A stretch of 55,089 bases of DNA from an uncultured virus (IMG/VR IMGVR_UViG_3300021091_000023) (Duplodnaviria > Heunggongvirae > Uroviricota > Caudoviricetes), in IMG/VR virus record IMGVR_UViG_3300021091_000023, one strand, 5' to 3'. The notes beneath the pieces were generated by a model. That model searched no databases. It had not been told where the DNA came from and worked only from the letters and a program-made list of their open reading frames with translations. Positions within the stretch are counted from its first letter, which is position 1. Each line of letters opens with the position of its first letter. Position numbers and translations under genes: made by a program. Below are positions 22,429-32,027 of this stretch, piece by piece.

Positions 22429-22459
22429 TTATTTATATTTTTTTACTATCTTTTAATTA

Positions 22460-23377
22460 ATGGATTTTGATATATTAAAAGATATTTTAGATGGGTTTTT
22501 AGGTGAATCCCATAGGTACGATGAATATAGTGGTCAAATCGCCTACGATTGTCCTGTTTGTTCACACGAAATAAAAGGATTAGATAGGGGGGATGGTAAA
22601 GGTAATTTAGAAGTTTCATTAGAAAAAAATGTTTACCATTGTTGGTCTTGTGGTGACACACACGACACTCATGGACATTTAGGTAGACTTATCGAACAAT
22701 TTGGTTCAAAAAAGGACAAAAAAACATATAACCTAATAAGACCAGATAAGGTTGAAAAAAAACAAAAAGAATACAAAAAACTAAAACTACCAAAAGAATA
22801 TAAAAGATTTGAGGAAATACACCCAATTCATTTACCAAGAAAAGAAGCTTGGAACTACCTTAAAAAAAGAGGAATCACTCAAGAAACCATAGACAAATAT
22901 AAAATTGGACTTTGTGTTGAAGGAGAATATGCGGGTCGTATTATTGTTCCATCATTTAATAAAAAAGGTGAATTAAACTTTTTTGTATCAAGGTCTTGGA
23001 ACTCAAAGGCAAAATTAAAATACAAAAATCCTGAAGCGGCAAAAGACTTTCTTATTTTTAACGAAAGTTTAATTGATTGGAAAAAAGACATATATCTTGT
23101 TGAAGGAGTATTTGATTCATTCTTTTTAGATAATTCAATAGCACTTCTTGGAAAATATGTTAACGACAACTTATGGGAAAAATTATACGAGAAGGCAAAA
23201 AAAGATATTATAGTTTGTTTAGATGGTGATGCTTTCACAGATGCTAAAAACATATATGACAAATTAAACGGAGGAAAACTTTATGGTAGAATTAAACTAA
23301 TGAAACTACCAAAAGATAAAGACGTTTGCGACCTAAGAGGTCAAATAAACGAATACATTGTAGAAGAAAAAGAATGA
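22460..23377 (+). CDS. dnaG: DNA primase
   Basis: CPVC...CWSC zinc finger, YLKKRGI, RIIVP, TOPRIM VEGVFD and DGD. Confidence 0.9.
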   Translation: MDFDILKDILDGFLGESHRYDEYSGQIAYDCPVCSHEIKGLDRGDGKGNLEVSLEKNVYHCWSCGDTHDTHGHLGRLIEQFGSKKDKKTYNLIRPDKVEKKQKEYKKLKLPKEYKRFEEIHPIHLPRKEAWNYLKKRGITQETIDKYKIGLCVEGEYAGRIIVPSFNKKGELNFFVSRSWNSKAKLKYKNPEAAKDFLIFNESLIDWKKDIYLVEGVFDSFFLDNSIALLGKYVNDNLWEKLYEKAKKDIIVCLDGDAFTDAKNIYDKLNGGKLYGRIKLMKLPKDKDVCDLRGQINEYIVEEKE

Positions 23378-24240
23378 ATTTAAAAGAAATTGCAGAAGAC
23401 ATAAGAAATGTCTTATCAATAAGACGAAATGAGTTAAATTTAACTTTTAAGGAAGATGGTCACGAATATACCATGTCTGATATTGATGGAAAAATAAGAA
23501 AAGATTTTCCATCCGTTTCAAAAGTAATGAAGTTATTTTATGATGATTTTCCTACTGAAGAGGCAGCAAGAAATAAGGCAAAAGGTGACCCTTATGTTAT
23601 GCAAACACTTCTTGCAGAATGGGCTGAAGAAGGTAAAATATCTACAAACATGGGAAGTAGAGTTCACTACGAATTGGAGATAGAAACAATTAAAAGACAC
23701 AACTTAAATAAGGTGGTTAGACAACCACTTTATGAGTGCGATATGAATATGATTATGAAAGGTGATCGTATGATTAAAGCTGGGTATAGATTTTTAAAAT
23801 TAATGGAAGAAAGAGGTGCGGTATTAATTGACACAGAAATTGTGTTAGGTGATCCTGAACTTGGATACGTAGGTCAAGGAGATACTTGTTGGTTGATTTT
23901 AAATAAAGAAAAAACTAATTTTGGGTTTATAATAACCGATTATAAAACAAACAAAAAGAAAAACATGGAAACCAATGACTACACAAAGCCTATGAGAGAA
24001 CCTTTTAAACATTTACCTAATAACGCACTTGGTCACTATAACACACAATTACCTCTTTATGGTAAGTTATTATTAAAAATGTTAAAAGGGACTGAATATG
24101 AAAACATTCCGTTATTGGGTTGTGTAATTGTTCACTTAACAGATGAACAAGAATTTACAGAATATCGAGTAGAAAGAAAAGTTATTGATACCATTTTAAA
24201 CATGGATATTAAAGAACGTTTGACAACATTAAAAAATTAA
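23374..24240 (+). CDS. PD-(D/E)xK (Cas4/RecB-like) exonuclease
   Basis: PSVS, GSRVH, E..., GQGD, DYKT and QLPLY motifs; start ATG 23374 by ATGA overlap. Confidence 0.8.
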   Translation: MNLKEIAEDIRNVLSIRRNELNLTFKEDGHEYTMSDIDGKIRKDFPSVSKVMKLFYDDFPTEEAARNKAKGDPYVMQTLLAEWAEEGKISTNMGSRVHYELEIETIKRHNLNKVVRQPLYECDMNMIMKGDRMIKAGYRFLKLMEERGAVLIDTEIVLGDPELGYVGQGDTCWLILNKEKTNFGFIITDYKTNKKKNMETNDYTKPMREPFKHLPNNALGHYNTQLPLYGKLLLKMLKGTEYENIPLLGCVIVHLTDEQEFTEYRVERKVIDTILNMDIKERLTTLKN

Positions 24241-24250
24241 ACTATAATGT
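24219..24250 (+). promoter_or_regulatory. sigma70-type promoter
   Basis: TTGACA (24220)-17 nt-TATAAT (24243), a perfect consensus. Confidence 0.75.
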
Positions 24251-24253
24251 AAT

Positions 24254-24343
24254 ATGAAAAAAGAAATAACAATCGCATGGTGGTATAATACCACATGGGA
24301 CAAAGAAGTAGGAAAAATAAACGTAAAATATATTATAAAATGA
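24254..24343 (+). CDS. 29-aa small protein (not in ORF track)
   Basis: MKKEITIAWWYNTTWDKEVGKINVKYIIK, directly after the promoter, with ATGA overlap to the next gene. Confidence 0.55.
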   Translation: MKKEITIAWWYNTTWDKEVGKINVKYIIK

Positions 24344-24558
24344 TGGATGATATCCTAAAACCAAAAATAAATTTAAGAGAACAACCAACTATTGAATGTG
24401 AAAAATGTAAATCAGTATACTTTAAAGAAGTCACAATACTAAAAAAAGTATCAAAGATATTAACAGGTAGCCCTGAAGACACAATTGTACCATTTCCTAC
24501 ATATATGTGTAATGAATGTGAAAATGTAAATGAGGACTTTAAATTATTTTATAAGTAA
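24340..24558 (+). CDS. zinc-ribbon protein
   Basis: CEKC...CNEC; likely start 24340 (ATGA overlap). Confidence 0.7.
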   Translation: MMDDILKPKINLREQPTIECEKCKSVYFKEVTILKKVSKILTGSPEDTIVPFPTYMCNECENVNEDFKLFYK

Positions 24559-24704
24559 TGGAAATAGGTAAAATGACTATAAGTGAAGCATATCCACATC
24601 TTAGAAGTATTGCACTTGCTTATGGGTTAAAATTAAATAAAGCAAAAGATTTTAAATTCGCAAGAATTATTTTAGTAAATCTTTATAATCGTGAATTAGT
24701 ATGA
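24558..24704 (+). CDS. 48-aa small protein (not in ORF track)
   Basis: MEIGKMTISEAYPHLRSIALAYGL...; TAATG and ATGA coupling fill the gap exactly. Confidence 0.7.
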   Translation: MEIGKMTISEAYPHLRSIALAYGLKLNKAKDFKFARIILVNLYNRELV

Positions 24705-24937
24705 CACATAAAGAATTTTATATTTGGTTAGAAGGTTATTTAGAAGGAAATCGTGATGATAAATTTGTCGACCCAAGACCTATTGCTAAGAAAATGGAAG
24801 AAGTAAAAGATATTGATCCATTTTTTTCAAACCCAAAAATAAACGTACCAAGATTTGAACCAATACCAGTACCATCAAATCCATTTAAAGATGATGGATA
24901 TGATGATTTAGGAAGACCACCAAAAATTGTAATGTAA
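24701..24937 (+). CDS. hypothetical protein
   Basis: MTHKEFYIWLEGYLE N-terminus, Pro-rich tail. Confidence 0.7.
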   Translation: MTHKEFYIWLEGYLEGNRDDKFVDPRPIAKKMEEVKDIDPFFSNPKINVPRFEPIPVPSNPFKDDGYDDLGRPPKIVM

Positions 24938-24961
24938 AAGGTGGTTTTTTATTTACTGATA

Positions 24962-24968
24962 TATTTAT
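24962..24968 (+). promoter_or_regulatory. putative late promoter TATTTAT
   Basis: Intergenic, upstream of the tagged gene at 24987. Confidence 0.55.
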
Positions 24969-24986
24969 TAATAAAATATAAAAATT

Positions 24987-25658
24987 ATGAAAAGAATTAT
25001 AAGATTAACTGAATCAGATCTTGCAAGAATTGTAAAAAGGGTTATTAATGAACAAGATAATAATCCATTGGCATTTGCCACCGATCCTAATCACATGGAT
25101 TATGCTGGATTTAATAAATCAAGTGAACCCGATGAACCATTTCCAAATAAGATTACTTTAAAAGTTAAAAAATCAGGACAATCAGAAAAAACATACGATA
25201 TGAAAATCGGTGATAATAATAATACTGATACTTATGTTATTTGGACACCACCTGAAACAGTGGAAGACATTTTACCTGAAGACCTAATTACTATGTCTTT
25301 TGAAGTACCATTTGAAATAGAATCATTAAGAGAGGATAAATGGGAACCTAATGACGAAACCCAAGTTAGATATGTGGATCTTAAAAAATCAGGAGGTAAA
25401 ACAACCGTTAATTTAACAGTTGATTACAAAGGTCACACTTTGCGTTTAGAAGGTGCGACTAATCAAGTTAATACTAAAGTACCTTATACTTCACCTGAAG
25501 ATAATAAATTCGAACATAAACGAGTTAATCCGTCAGATAAAAAAAAATATTTACAAGCAATATTCGAAGGGGATAAAAGAAAAATATACATTAAAATATC
25601 ATTCAAAAAACCAGAAGTGGTACAAGAATCCTACAAAAGAAGATATAGAAGATATTAA
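24987..25658 (+). CDS. putative internal virion protein with N-terminal LTESDL tag
   Basis: MKRIIRLTESDLARIVKRVINEQ; has its own promoter motif and terminator. Confidence 0.65.
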   Translation: MKRIIRLTESDLARIVKRVINEQDNNPLAFATDPNHMDYAGFNKSSEPDEPFPNKITLKVKKSGQSEKTYDMKIGDNNNTDTYVIWTPPETVEDILPEDLITMSFEVPFEIESLREDKWEPNDETQVRYVDLKKSGGKTTVNLTVDYKGHTLRLEGATNQVNTKVPYTSPEDNKFEHKRVNPSDKKKYLQAIFEGDKRKIYIKISFKKPEVVQESYKRRYRRY

Positions 25659-25664
25659 TTTATT

Positions 25665-25692
25665 AAACCCATCCCAAAAAGGTGGGTTTTTT
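25665..25692 (+). terminator. intrinsic terminator
   Basis: aaacccatc-ccaaaaa-ggtgggttt plus T run; near copy of the 21856 terminator. Confidence 0.85.
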
Positions 25693-25697
25693 GTTGA

Positions 25698-25728
25698 TTG
25701 ACATTTTAATCAAATTTGACTATATTTA
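25698..25728 (+). promoter_or_regulatory. early/middle promoter
   Basis: TTGACA-17 nt-TATATT(TA) before ATG 25733. Confidence 0.6.
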
Positions 25729-25732
25729 GTCT

Positions 25733-26512
25733 ATGATTAAAAAACTTCTACACTTTTCCGATTTACATATCCGATTATTTAAAGACCACGATCTTTATAG
25801 GTCAATACTTGAAGATGCAATCAATCAGTGGAGAAAAATTGAACCTGATAGAATTGTGTTCACCGGTGACCTTGTTCATTCAAAAAATCAAATGACACCT
25901 GAACTTATTGAAATGGTAAGTTGGATATTAAAAGAATGTTCATATATCGCAAAAACAATTATCATTCCTGGAAATCACGACTTTTTGGTGAATAATATTG
26001 ATAGGTTAGACGCATTATCTCCGATTATCGACTCATTAAATAACAATAACATTGTTTATTACAAAGATAGAGGTGTATATGAAGATGAAAATGTTAGTTG
26101 GTGTGTCTATTCACAGTATCAAGGTAATATTCCACCTGACATATCAACGGCAAAAGGAATTAAAGTTGGTTTATTTCATGGTCCAATACAAGGAATGACA
26201 ACCGATTTAGGTTATGACTTTGGAGACCATGCGTACGACACAGAAAAGTTTGATGGATTAGAAATTGTTTTATGTGGTGATATTCATAAAAGACAAGAGT
26301 TTAAGTTTAAAACAGGTAAAGGTTATATGATTGGTTCACCAATACAACAAAACATCGGAGAGAGTATCAGAAACCACGGTTTCGGAACTTATGATTTCGG
26401 AACTAAAGAATATACTTATACTGACCTTGAAAACCCTAAACCATTTTTAAAGTTTTCAATAAAATCATTCTCAGATATTGAAAGTGGTGTTGAAAAACTT
26501 GTTAACATATGA
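25733..26512 (+). CDS. sbcD: SbcD/Mre11 (gp47-like) metallophosphoesterase nuclease
   Basis: SDLH, GDLVH, GNHD, FHG, GDIH motifs. Confidence 0.88.
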   Translation: MIKKLLHFSDLHIRLFKDHDLYRSILEDAINQWRKIEPDRIVFTGDLVHSKNQMTPELIEMVSWILKECSYIAKTIIIPGNHDFLVNNIDRLDALSPIIDSLNNNNIVYYKDRGVYEDENVSWCVYSQYQGNIPPDISTAKGIKVGLFHGPIQGMTTDLGYDFGDHAYDTEKFDGLEIVLCGDIHKRQEFKFKTGKGYMIGSPIQQNIGESIRNHGFGTYDFGTKEYTYTDLENPKPFLKFSIKSFSDIESGVEKLVNI

Positions 26513-27072
26513 AAAAATACAAAATACTATATGTTGATCCGCCATGGAAGTTTAACAATAAAAACACCGGTGGAAATATGAAAAGTGGTGCCGACAGTCA
26601 TTACCCAACCATGTCAATTAATGAATTATCAAAACTTGACATTTCTTCACTTTGTGATGATGATTGTGTTTTATTTATGTGGTGGGTTGCTTCACAACCG
26701 GCAGAAGCACTAAAGTTGGTTGAAAGTTGGGGATTTACATTAAAAACAATGACTGGGTTTAATTGGGTTAAACAAACATCAAAAGGAAATCCATTTTTTG
26801 GTATGGGATTTTGGACAAGACAGGGGTCTGAAATGTGTTTAATAGCAACAAAAGGAAAACCAAAAAGAATTGATGCCGGTGTTCGTTCAGTTATAATGGC
26901 TGAAAATGAAAAACACTCAAAAAAACCAGACATTTTTAGAAAAGAAATAGTTAAACTTATGGGGGATTTACCAAGAGTTGAATTATTTGCAAGAGAGACA
27001 AGTAAAGGTTGGGATGTATGGGGAAATGAAGTTGAAAGTGATATTGAAATAACAAATGGAACTGAAAGATAA
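26509..27072 (+). CDS. MT-A70 family N6-adenine methyltransferase
   Basis: DPPW, HYPTM, LFMW, HSKKP, ELFAR, GWDVWGNE. Confidence 0.92.
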   Translation: MKKYKILYVDPPWKFNNKNTGGNMKSGADSHYPTMSINELSKLDISSLCDDDCVLFMWWVASQPAEALKLVESWGFTLKTMTGFNWVKQTSKGNPFFGMGFWTRQGSEMCLIATKGKPKRIDAGVRSVIMAENEKHSKKPDIFRKEIVKLMGDLPRVELFARETSKGWDVWGNEVESDIEITNGTER

Positions 27073-27670
27073 AAAAATAATGCAGGCAGTGTCTGCATAT
27101 TGTAAACTTAATAATATTGAAGATATTGATGGGTTTATTGAAAAATGTTTTCAGTCCGGATTTAATATTGAGAAGTACGGACTTTTAGGAAAACCACTTA
27201 ATGAGGGTGAAAAAGACTTAAAAATAAGTGTTGTTGAAGAAAAACAGTTAATAAAGGAAGTTATTGTTGAGAAAAGGGTTGAAGTGCCTGTTGAAGTGAT
27301 AAAGGAAGTTGAAAAGGTTGTTGAAGTAGTAAAAGAGGTCCCTATAGAAAAGATTGTCACAAAAATAGAATATATTAGTGACAAAGAAAATGAAAATAAC
27401 CTTAATGAAACTATAACTAAAAAAGATGAAGAAATATCTAAACTTAGTCAAACTTTAGATGAACTTAGACGTAATTTAGACATTAGTGTGGACGACAACA
27501 AGGTAAAAATGTTACATCAAACAATACAAAACCTCAACACTGAAATAAGAGAATTGAAAAAGAAAAATGAAGAATTAAATAAAAAATTGTTAGAACAACC
27601 AAAACAAGTTGGCGATATTCCCGCCAAGTTTCATGGAAGTTCTAACCTAAACGATAACTTATATAAATAA
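27056..27670 (+). CDS. coiled-coil protein with VEVPVEVIKEVEK repeats
   Basis: Val/Glu/Lys/Pro repeat followed by a heptad region. Confidence 0.7.
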   Translation: MELKDKKIMQAVSAYCKLNNIEDIDGFIEKCFQSGFNIEKYGLLGKPLNEGEKDLKISVVEEKQLIKEVIVEKRVEVPVEVIKEVEKVVEVVKEVPIEKIVTKIEYISDKENENNLNETITKKDEEISKLSQTLDELRRNLDISVDDNKVKMLHQTIQNLNTEIRELKKKNEELNKKLLEQPKQVGDIPAKFHGSSNLNDNLYK

Positions 27671-27672
27671 TT

Positions 27673-28023
27673 ATGGAAATTTTAGTATGGTTTATTCTTA
27701 GTTATGGGCTAATGAATATTATGGTCTACGGATCAATCTTTCAAGGATTAAGAGACTTTTTTGCGAAGTGGGGAAGTAATAAAAATTTACCTTTAAGTTT
27801 TTTAGGTGAATTTATTTCAGGGATATTATCTTGTCCTATGTGCTTTTCAACATGGGGAGGTTTTGTTTTATCCTTGTTGATATTCTCACCAACAAATGTT
27901 ATGTTTAATACATCTGAATGGTATTCGTGGTTTTTTGACGGTATTTTATCATCAGGTGCTGTTTGGGGAATAAATGCAATAGTTGAATGGTTTGAAGAAA
28001 ATAGACCAAGTAATAACAAGTAA
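27673..28023 (+). CDS. membrane protein with CPMC motif (DUF1360-like)
   Basis: Hydrophobic helices, IFQGLR...LSCPMCFSTWGG. Confidence 0.6.
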   Translation: MEILVWFILSYGLMNIMVYGSIFQGLRDFFAKWGSNKNLPLSFLGEFISGILSCPMCFSTWGGFVLSLLIFSPTNVMFNTSEWYSWFFDGILSSGAVWGINAIVEWFEENRPSNNK

Positions 28024-28035
28024 TAATAACTAATA

Positions 28036-28290
28036 ATGGGAAAAGCGGCAAAGGCTCATAGAGCAAAAGTGGCGAAAAGAAACGCCAATCTGAAAGTACA
28101 AGAAAAAAGAATGCAAAAACTTTGGCAAGAAGCATTTGAAGAACAAATGGAAAAAATGAAAGAACAATTTGCGTCGATGTCAGGAGACACAATGTCAGGA
28201 TTAACAGGATTATTACAAGATGAGGAAAACATACAAGAAGAAACAAAACAAGAAGGATCCGAATCAACAGAACCTGTTTCAGGAGAGTAA
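28036..28290 (+). CDS. hypothetical protein (basic N-terminus, acidic C-terminus)
   Basis: MGKAAKAHRAKVAKRN...; A-rich start context. Confidence 0.7.
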   Translation: MGKAAKAHRAKVAKRNANLKVQEKRMQKLWQEAFEEQMEKMKEQFASMSGDTMSGLTGLLQDEENIQEETKQEGSESTEPVSGE

Positions 28291-28309
28291 ACCATTTAAT
28301 TACAATATA

Positions 28310-30643
28310 ATGACAAAAGATTTAGACTTTTCAAAGTTTGATAATCCATCTATTCAAGTTGTTTGGGAAGATGATAATGAAAATTTTACACAAGATAAGA
28401 TTAAAAGTGTTAAACATTACTTCCAAAAAAAGTATAACACAACTAATGTTAATGTTGTAACAAAGGCTAAAATACAAAAAGAAGAAGGTGAACAAACAGT
28501 AGATGTTTCCGTGAATATCATGGACACAAACTACCAAATTGAATTACTTAGACAGTTTCTTACAAGTAAAAATTACGACAAACATTTGGACGCAATTTTA
28601 AACCATAATAAGATGGTTGAAAATAAAATGCAAGAAACTGAAACAGAAACTGCCGTATTTAAAAAATGGTTTATTAAAAATATTGAATTTTCAAACTTCC
28701 TTTCCTATGGTGAAAACCAAAAAGTGGATTTTGAAAAAACAGGAGGTTTAACAGTTATTGAATCAAACCCACCAAACTTTGGAGGAAAAACAGTATTGTC
28801 TGTTGATTTACTTTTGTTTTTATTCTTTAATGAAACAACAAAAACAACAAAGGCTGAAGAAATCTTTAACAGATTTACAGACAAAGATAAAGTAACTGTA
28901 AAAGGTGAAATTATTATTGATGGTGAAGAATATATCATCATAAGAAATATTGAAAGAAAAATATCTAAAAAAGGTGAATGGAATGTTAAAACCGAATTAG
29001 ACTTCTTTAAAAAACTTGCGGATGGAACACTTCAAAACTTTACAGGAGAACAAAGAAGAGAAACTGAAAAATTCATCAAAGAATCTATCGGAACAAAAGA
29101 AGATTTCTTGATGACAATTCTCACAACAGCAACAAACCTTGAAGAGTTAATTGATTCAAAACCAACCGCCAGAGGTCAAGTCCTTTCAAGATTTATGGGT
29201 CTTGATTTTTTAAGAAGAAAAGAAGATTTTGCAAAATCAATTTATTCTGACTTTTCAAAATCAATGTTATCTAACATTTATAACACTGAACAATTAAAAA
29301 CAGATAACGAAAACAGTGAAATTAAAATTACTGAATTGAAAACAAATATTGAGACATACACCACTGAACTAAAAACAACAGAAGAAAATATTGTAAAAGG
29401 TAAGGAGTATCGTGATGATATGTTAAGAAAAAAACATACAGACATTGATGTTGAATTAAGTAGGTTAAACCCAAGTCAAGTTAAACAAGAAATTGAAGGA
29501 CACGAGTTTCAAATTGAACAAACAATAACAAAACTTAATGAATTAAATGTTGTTGAACCAAAAGAATTCTATAAAGAAGATGAACACGACAAAGTAAAAG
29601 AAGAATATAATGTTGCGTTTGAAGAAAAGGTTCAGTTAGATACAAAAATATCTGAGATTGAAAAATTAAAATCTGAAGTTAAAGGTGGGATCAAATGTGA
29701 ACACTGCGGAATTGACTTGATGAATGCTAGTATTACACAACAAAAAATATCAGAACTTGATGGTTATATTAGGCAAAAAGAGGAAAAAGAAGGGTTAATG
29801 ACTGTTTTAACAGGCAAAGAAAAGGATTTTGTTGATATTAAAAGACAATTTGATGAGTACGAAAAAAACAAACTTATTAAAGAAAAACACGAAGCAACAA
29901 TTGAAAACTACCAGTTAAAAATAGAAGGACTTCAAACAAAACTTACTGAATATGACAAGATGCTTGATAAGATTAAAGCAAATGAACATATTGATTCTAT
30001 GTTAATAAAGGCTAATTTGAGACTTGAAGAACTTGATAGACAAAAAACGCAAAAACAAAATCAGATCAATAGTGATGAGTATTCAATCAAAACCTTAGAA
30101 GAAAAAATTAAAACAAACTTAAATAACATCATTAAAATTGCTGAAGAACAAGAAAAAGAAAAAATACATAAAATATACTTGGAGGCTTATGGTAAAAACG
30201 GTATTTCTAAAATCATAATGAAAACAATGATACCACTTATCAACTCAGAATTACAAAGATTGATGGAAGAAAGTGCTTATTTTAAACTTCAAATTCAAAT
30301 AAACGATAAAAATGAAGTTGAGTTTAATATGATTGATAATGGTACAGGTGTTGAAAAACTAATGTCATCAGGTAGTGGGTATGAAAGAACAATCGCGTCA
30401 CTTGCATTAAGATCGGTATTAAGTAAGATATGTAGTCTTCCTCGGCCAAATATAATAGTTTTCGATGAGGTGTTTGGAAAAATATCAAATGAAAATTTAG
30501 ATATGGTACACAATTTCTTTACCGCTATTAAAGACTTTTTTCCGACAATATTAATTATAAGTCACTCGAGTATTGTGAATACTTGGGGAGACAATACAAT
30601 TAAAATTTCAAAAGAAGATAATATTTCAAAAGTTTTTCAGTAA
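28310..30643 (+). CDS. sbcC: SbcC/Rad50 (gp46-like) ATPase
   Basis: NFLSYG, NFGGKT Walker A, long coiled coil with CEHC zinc hook, SGSGYE signature, IIVFDE Walker B, IISH. Probable start ATG 28310. Confidence 0.9.
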   Translation: MTKDLDFSKFDNPSIQVVWEDDNENFTQDKIKSVKHYFQKKYNTTNVNVVTKAKIQKEEGEQTVDVSVNIMDTNYQIELLRQFLTSKNYDKHLDAILNHNKMVENKMQETETETAVFKKWFIKNIEFSNFLSYGENQKVDFEKTGGLTVIESNPPNFGGKTVLSVDLLLFLFFNETTKTTKAEEIFNRFTDKDKVTVKGEIIIDGEEYIIIRNIERKISKKGEWNVKTELDFFKKLADGTLQNFTGEQRRETEKFIKESIGTKEDFLMTILTTATNLEELIDSKPTARGQVLSRFMGLDFLRRKEDFAKSIYSDFSKSMLSNIYNTEQLKTDNENSEIKITELKTNIETYTTELKTTEENIVKGKEYRDDMLRKKHTDIDVELSRLNPSQVKQEIEGHEFQIEQTITKLNELNVVEPKEFYKEDEHDKVKEEYNVAFEEKVQLDTKISEIEKLKSEVKGGIKCEHCGIDLMNASITQQKISELDGYIRQKEEKEGLMTVLTGKEKDFVDIKRQFDEYEKNKLIKEKHEATIENYQLKIEGLQTKLTEYDKMLDKIKANEHIDSMLIKANLRLEELDRQKTQKQNQINSDEYSIKTLEEKIKTNLNNIIKIAEEQEKEKIHKIYLEAYGKNGISKIIMKTMIPLINSELQRLMEESAYFKLQIQINDKNEVEFNMIDNGTGVEKLMSSGSGYERTIASLALRSVLSKICSLPRPNIIVFDEVFGKISNENLDMVHNFFTAIKDFFPTILIISHSSIVNTWGDNTIKISKEDNISKVFQ

Positions 30644-30671
30644 AAAGTGAAACTATATTAAATATTGTTCG

Positions 30672-30679
30672 TATATTTG
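30672..30679 (+). promoter_or_regulatory. Bacteroidota-type -7 element
   Basis: TATATTTG upstream of ATG 30695. Confidence 0.4.
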
Positions 30680-30694
30680 AAAAAATACATTTTT

Positions 30695-31210
30695 ATGGAA
30701 AGACAAAAGCATGGGTTCTTATATGAAGAAAAAATTAAAAATAAGTTTGAATTAGAAGAGAGAGAATATACAGATAAATGGGACTTAAATGATAAAAATG
30801 GTATAAAATGGGTTATAAAAACATTTAAAAAAGACTCTGAATTACCTTTATCTGACATATTTATTAATAATGGTAGAGACGAAGATTTTATAATCCAAAT
30901 AGGTATATGGGAAAAAGAAAAAACAAACATTATTGAAGAATTTAATATATTTGTCGATTTGAAAAAATGGAAAAAACAATTCGAGTTCAAACACTACGAA
31001 AAATTAAAAAATTGGATAACTAACGAAGTAAAAAATACTTATGAGTATGATGAAAAGTGGGAAAAAGAAGTTACCGATTGGAAAAAAATTTGGGGTGAAG
31101 AAAGGATAGTCCAACCTAGATTTAAAAGGGATCATAAAAAACAAAGAAGAATACAAAGCGCGGTTAGCTATAAAAATTTGCATATTTTTTTAAAAAGTGT
31201 CAAAAAATAA
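30695..31210 (+). CDS. putative restriction-like endonuclease
   Basis: RQKHGFLYEE...KWD...IKT resembles a PD-(D/E)xK core; overlaps a methyltransferase gene. Confidence 0.45.
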   Translation: MERQKHGFLYEEKIKNKFELEEREYTDKWDLNDKNGIKWVIKTFKKDSELPLSDIFINNGRDEDFIIQIGIWEKEKTNIIEEFNIFVDLKKWKKQFEFKHYEKLKNWITNEVKNTYEYDEKWEKEVTDWKKIWGEERIVQPRFKRDHKKQRRIQSAVSYKNLHIFLKSVKK

Positions 31211-31967
31211 ATACGGTTTAGATCAATTTTATACAAAAAATCACGTAGTTGATGAATGTTTAAAATATATTAATTTAGAAGAATACGATTACGTTATAGA
31301 ACCTTCGGCGGGTGAAGGTGCGTTCTTCAAAAAAATAAAAAATAAAAATAAAATCGCCTTCGACATTGACCCAAAATCGGAAAATATTGTAAGAGCCGAT
31401 TTTTTAAAAATACCAATAGATGAGTATCTAAATAAGAAAGTTATAACTATTGGTAATCCTCCTTTTGGTAATAATTCATCACTTGCTTTAAAATTTATTA
31501 AAAAGGCGTCTTATTTTTCCGATACAATCGCGTTTATTTTACCAAAGGGATTTAAAAAAAGATCTATGATTGACAAAATACCTTTAAATTTTGAAATAAA
31601 AAAAATAATAGATATCGATAGTAATTCATTTACATATAATAATGAAGATTATGACGTACCTTGTGTTTGGGTTATTTTAAAAAAAACAAACAAACTTAGA
31701 AAAAAAGAAATAAAACTTAAACCTAAGAAATTTATTTTTACCAAAAAAGAAAATGCAAATATTGCAATTAGAAGAGTTGGTGTAAATGCTGGAAAAGTTT
31801 TTATGGACACAAATGTGTCAGAACAGTCACATTATTTTTTAAGTTTTGAAAACCCAATACATGCTTTTGAAAAAATAAAAGATATAGAATTTAGTAATAA
31901 CGACACCACCGGCCCTAGAAGTATACCTAAAAATGAATTAATAACAAAAATAGAAGAAATACTATAA
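31197..31967 (+). CDS. N6-adenine DNA methyltransferase (gamma class)
   Basis: DQFYT, IEPSAGEGAF, GNPPFG, AFILP. Confidence 0.88.
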   Translation: MSKNKYGLDQFYTKNHVVDECLKYINLEEYDYVIEPSAGEGAFFKKIKNKNKIAFDIDPKSENIVRADFLKIPIDEYLNKKVITIGNPPFGNNSSLALKFIKKASYFSDTIAFILPKGFKKRSMIDKIPLNFEIKKIIDIDSNSFTYNNEDYDVPCVWVILKKTNKLRKKEIKLKPKKFIFTKKENANIAIRRVGVNAGKVFMDTNVSEQSHYFLSFENPIHAFEKIKDIEFSNNDTTGPRSIPKNELITKIEEIL

Positions 31968-31996
31968 TTAATGTTAGAACTATCAAAAAAAATATA

Positions 31997-32004
31997 TAAC
32001 TTTG
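31997..32004 (+). promoter_or_regulatory. Bacteroidota-type -7 element
   Basis: TAACTTTG upstream of ATG 32028. Confidence 0.4.
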
Positions 32005-32027
32005 TATTATATATAAAAAGTAAATTA

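Noticed and set aside
23374..24240. Cas4 of a CRISPR system
   Set aside because: No Fe-S cysteine cluster, array or other cas genes; it sits beside the primase as a typical phage exonuclease.
26601..27098. 165-aa minus-strand ORF and similar antisense ORFs in the track
   Set aside because: Fully antisense to well-supported genes and lacking any motifs.
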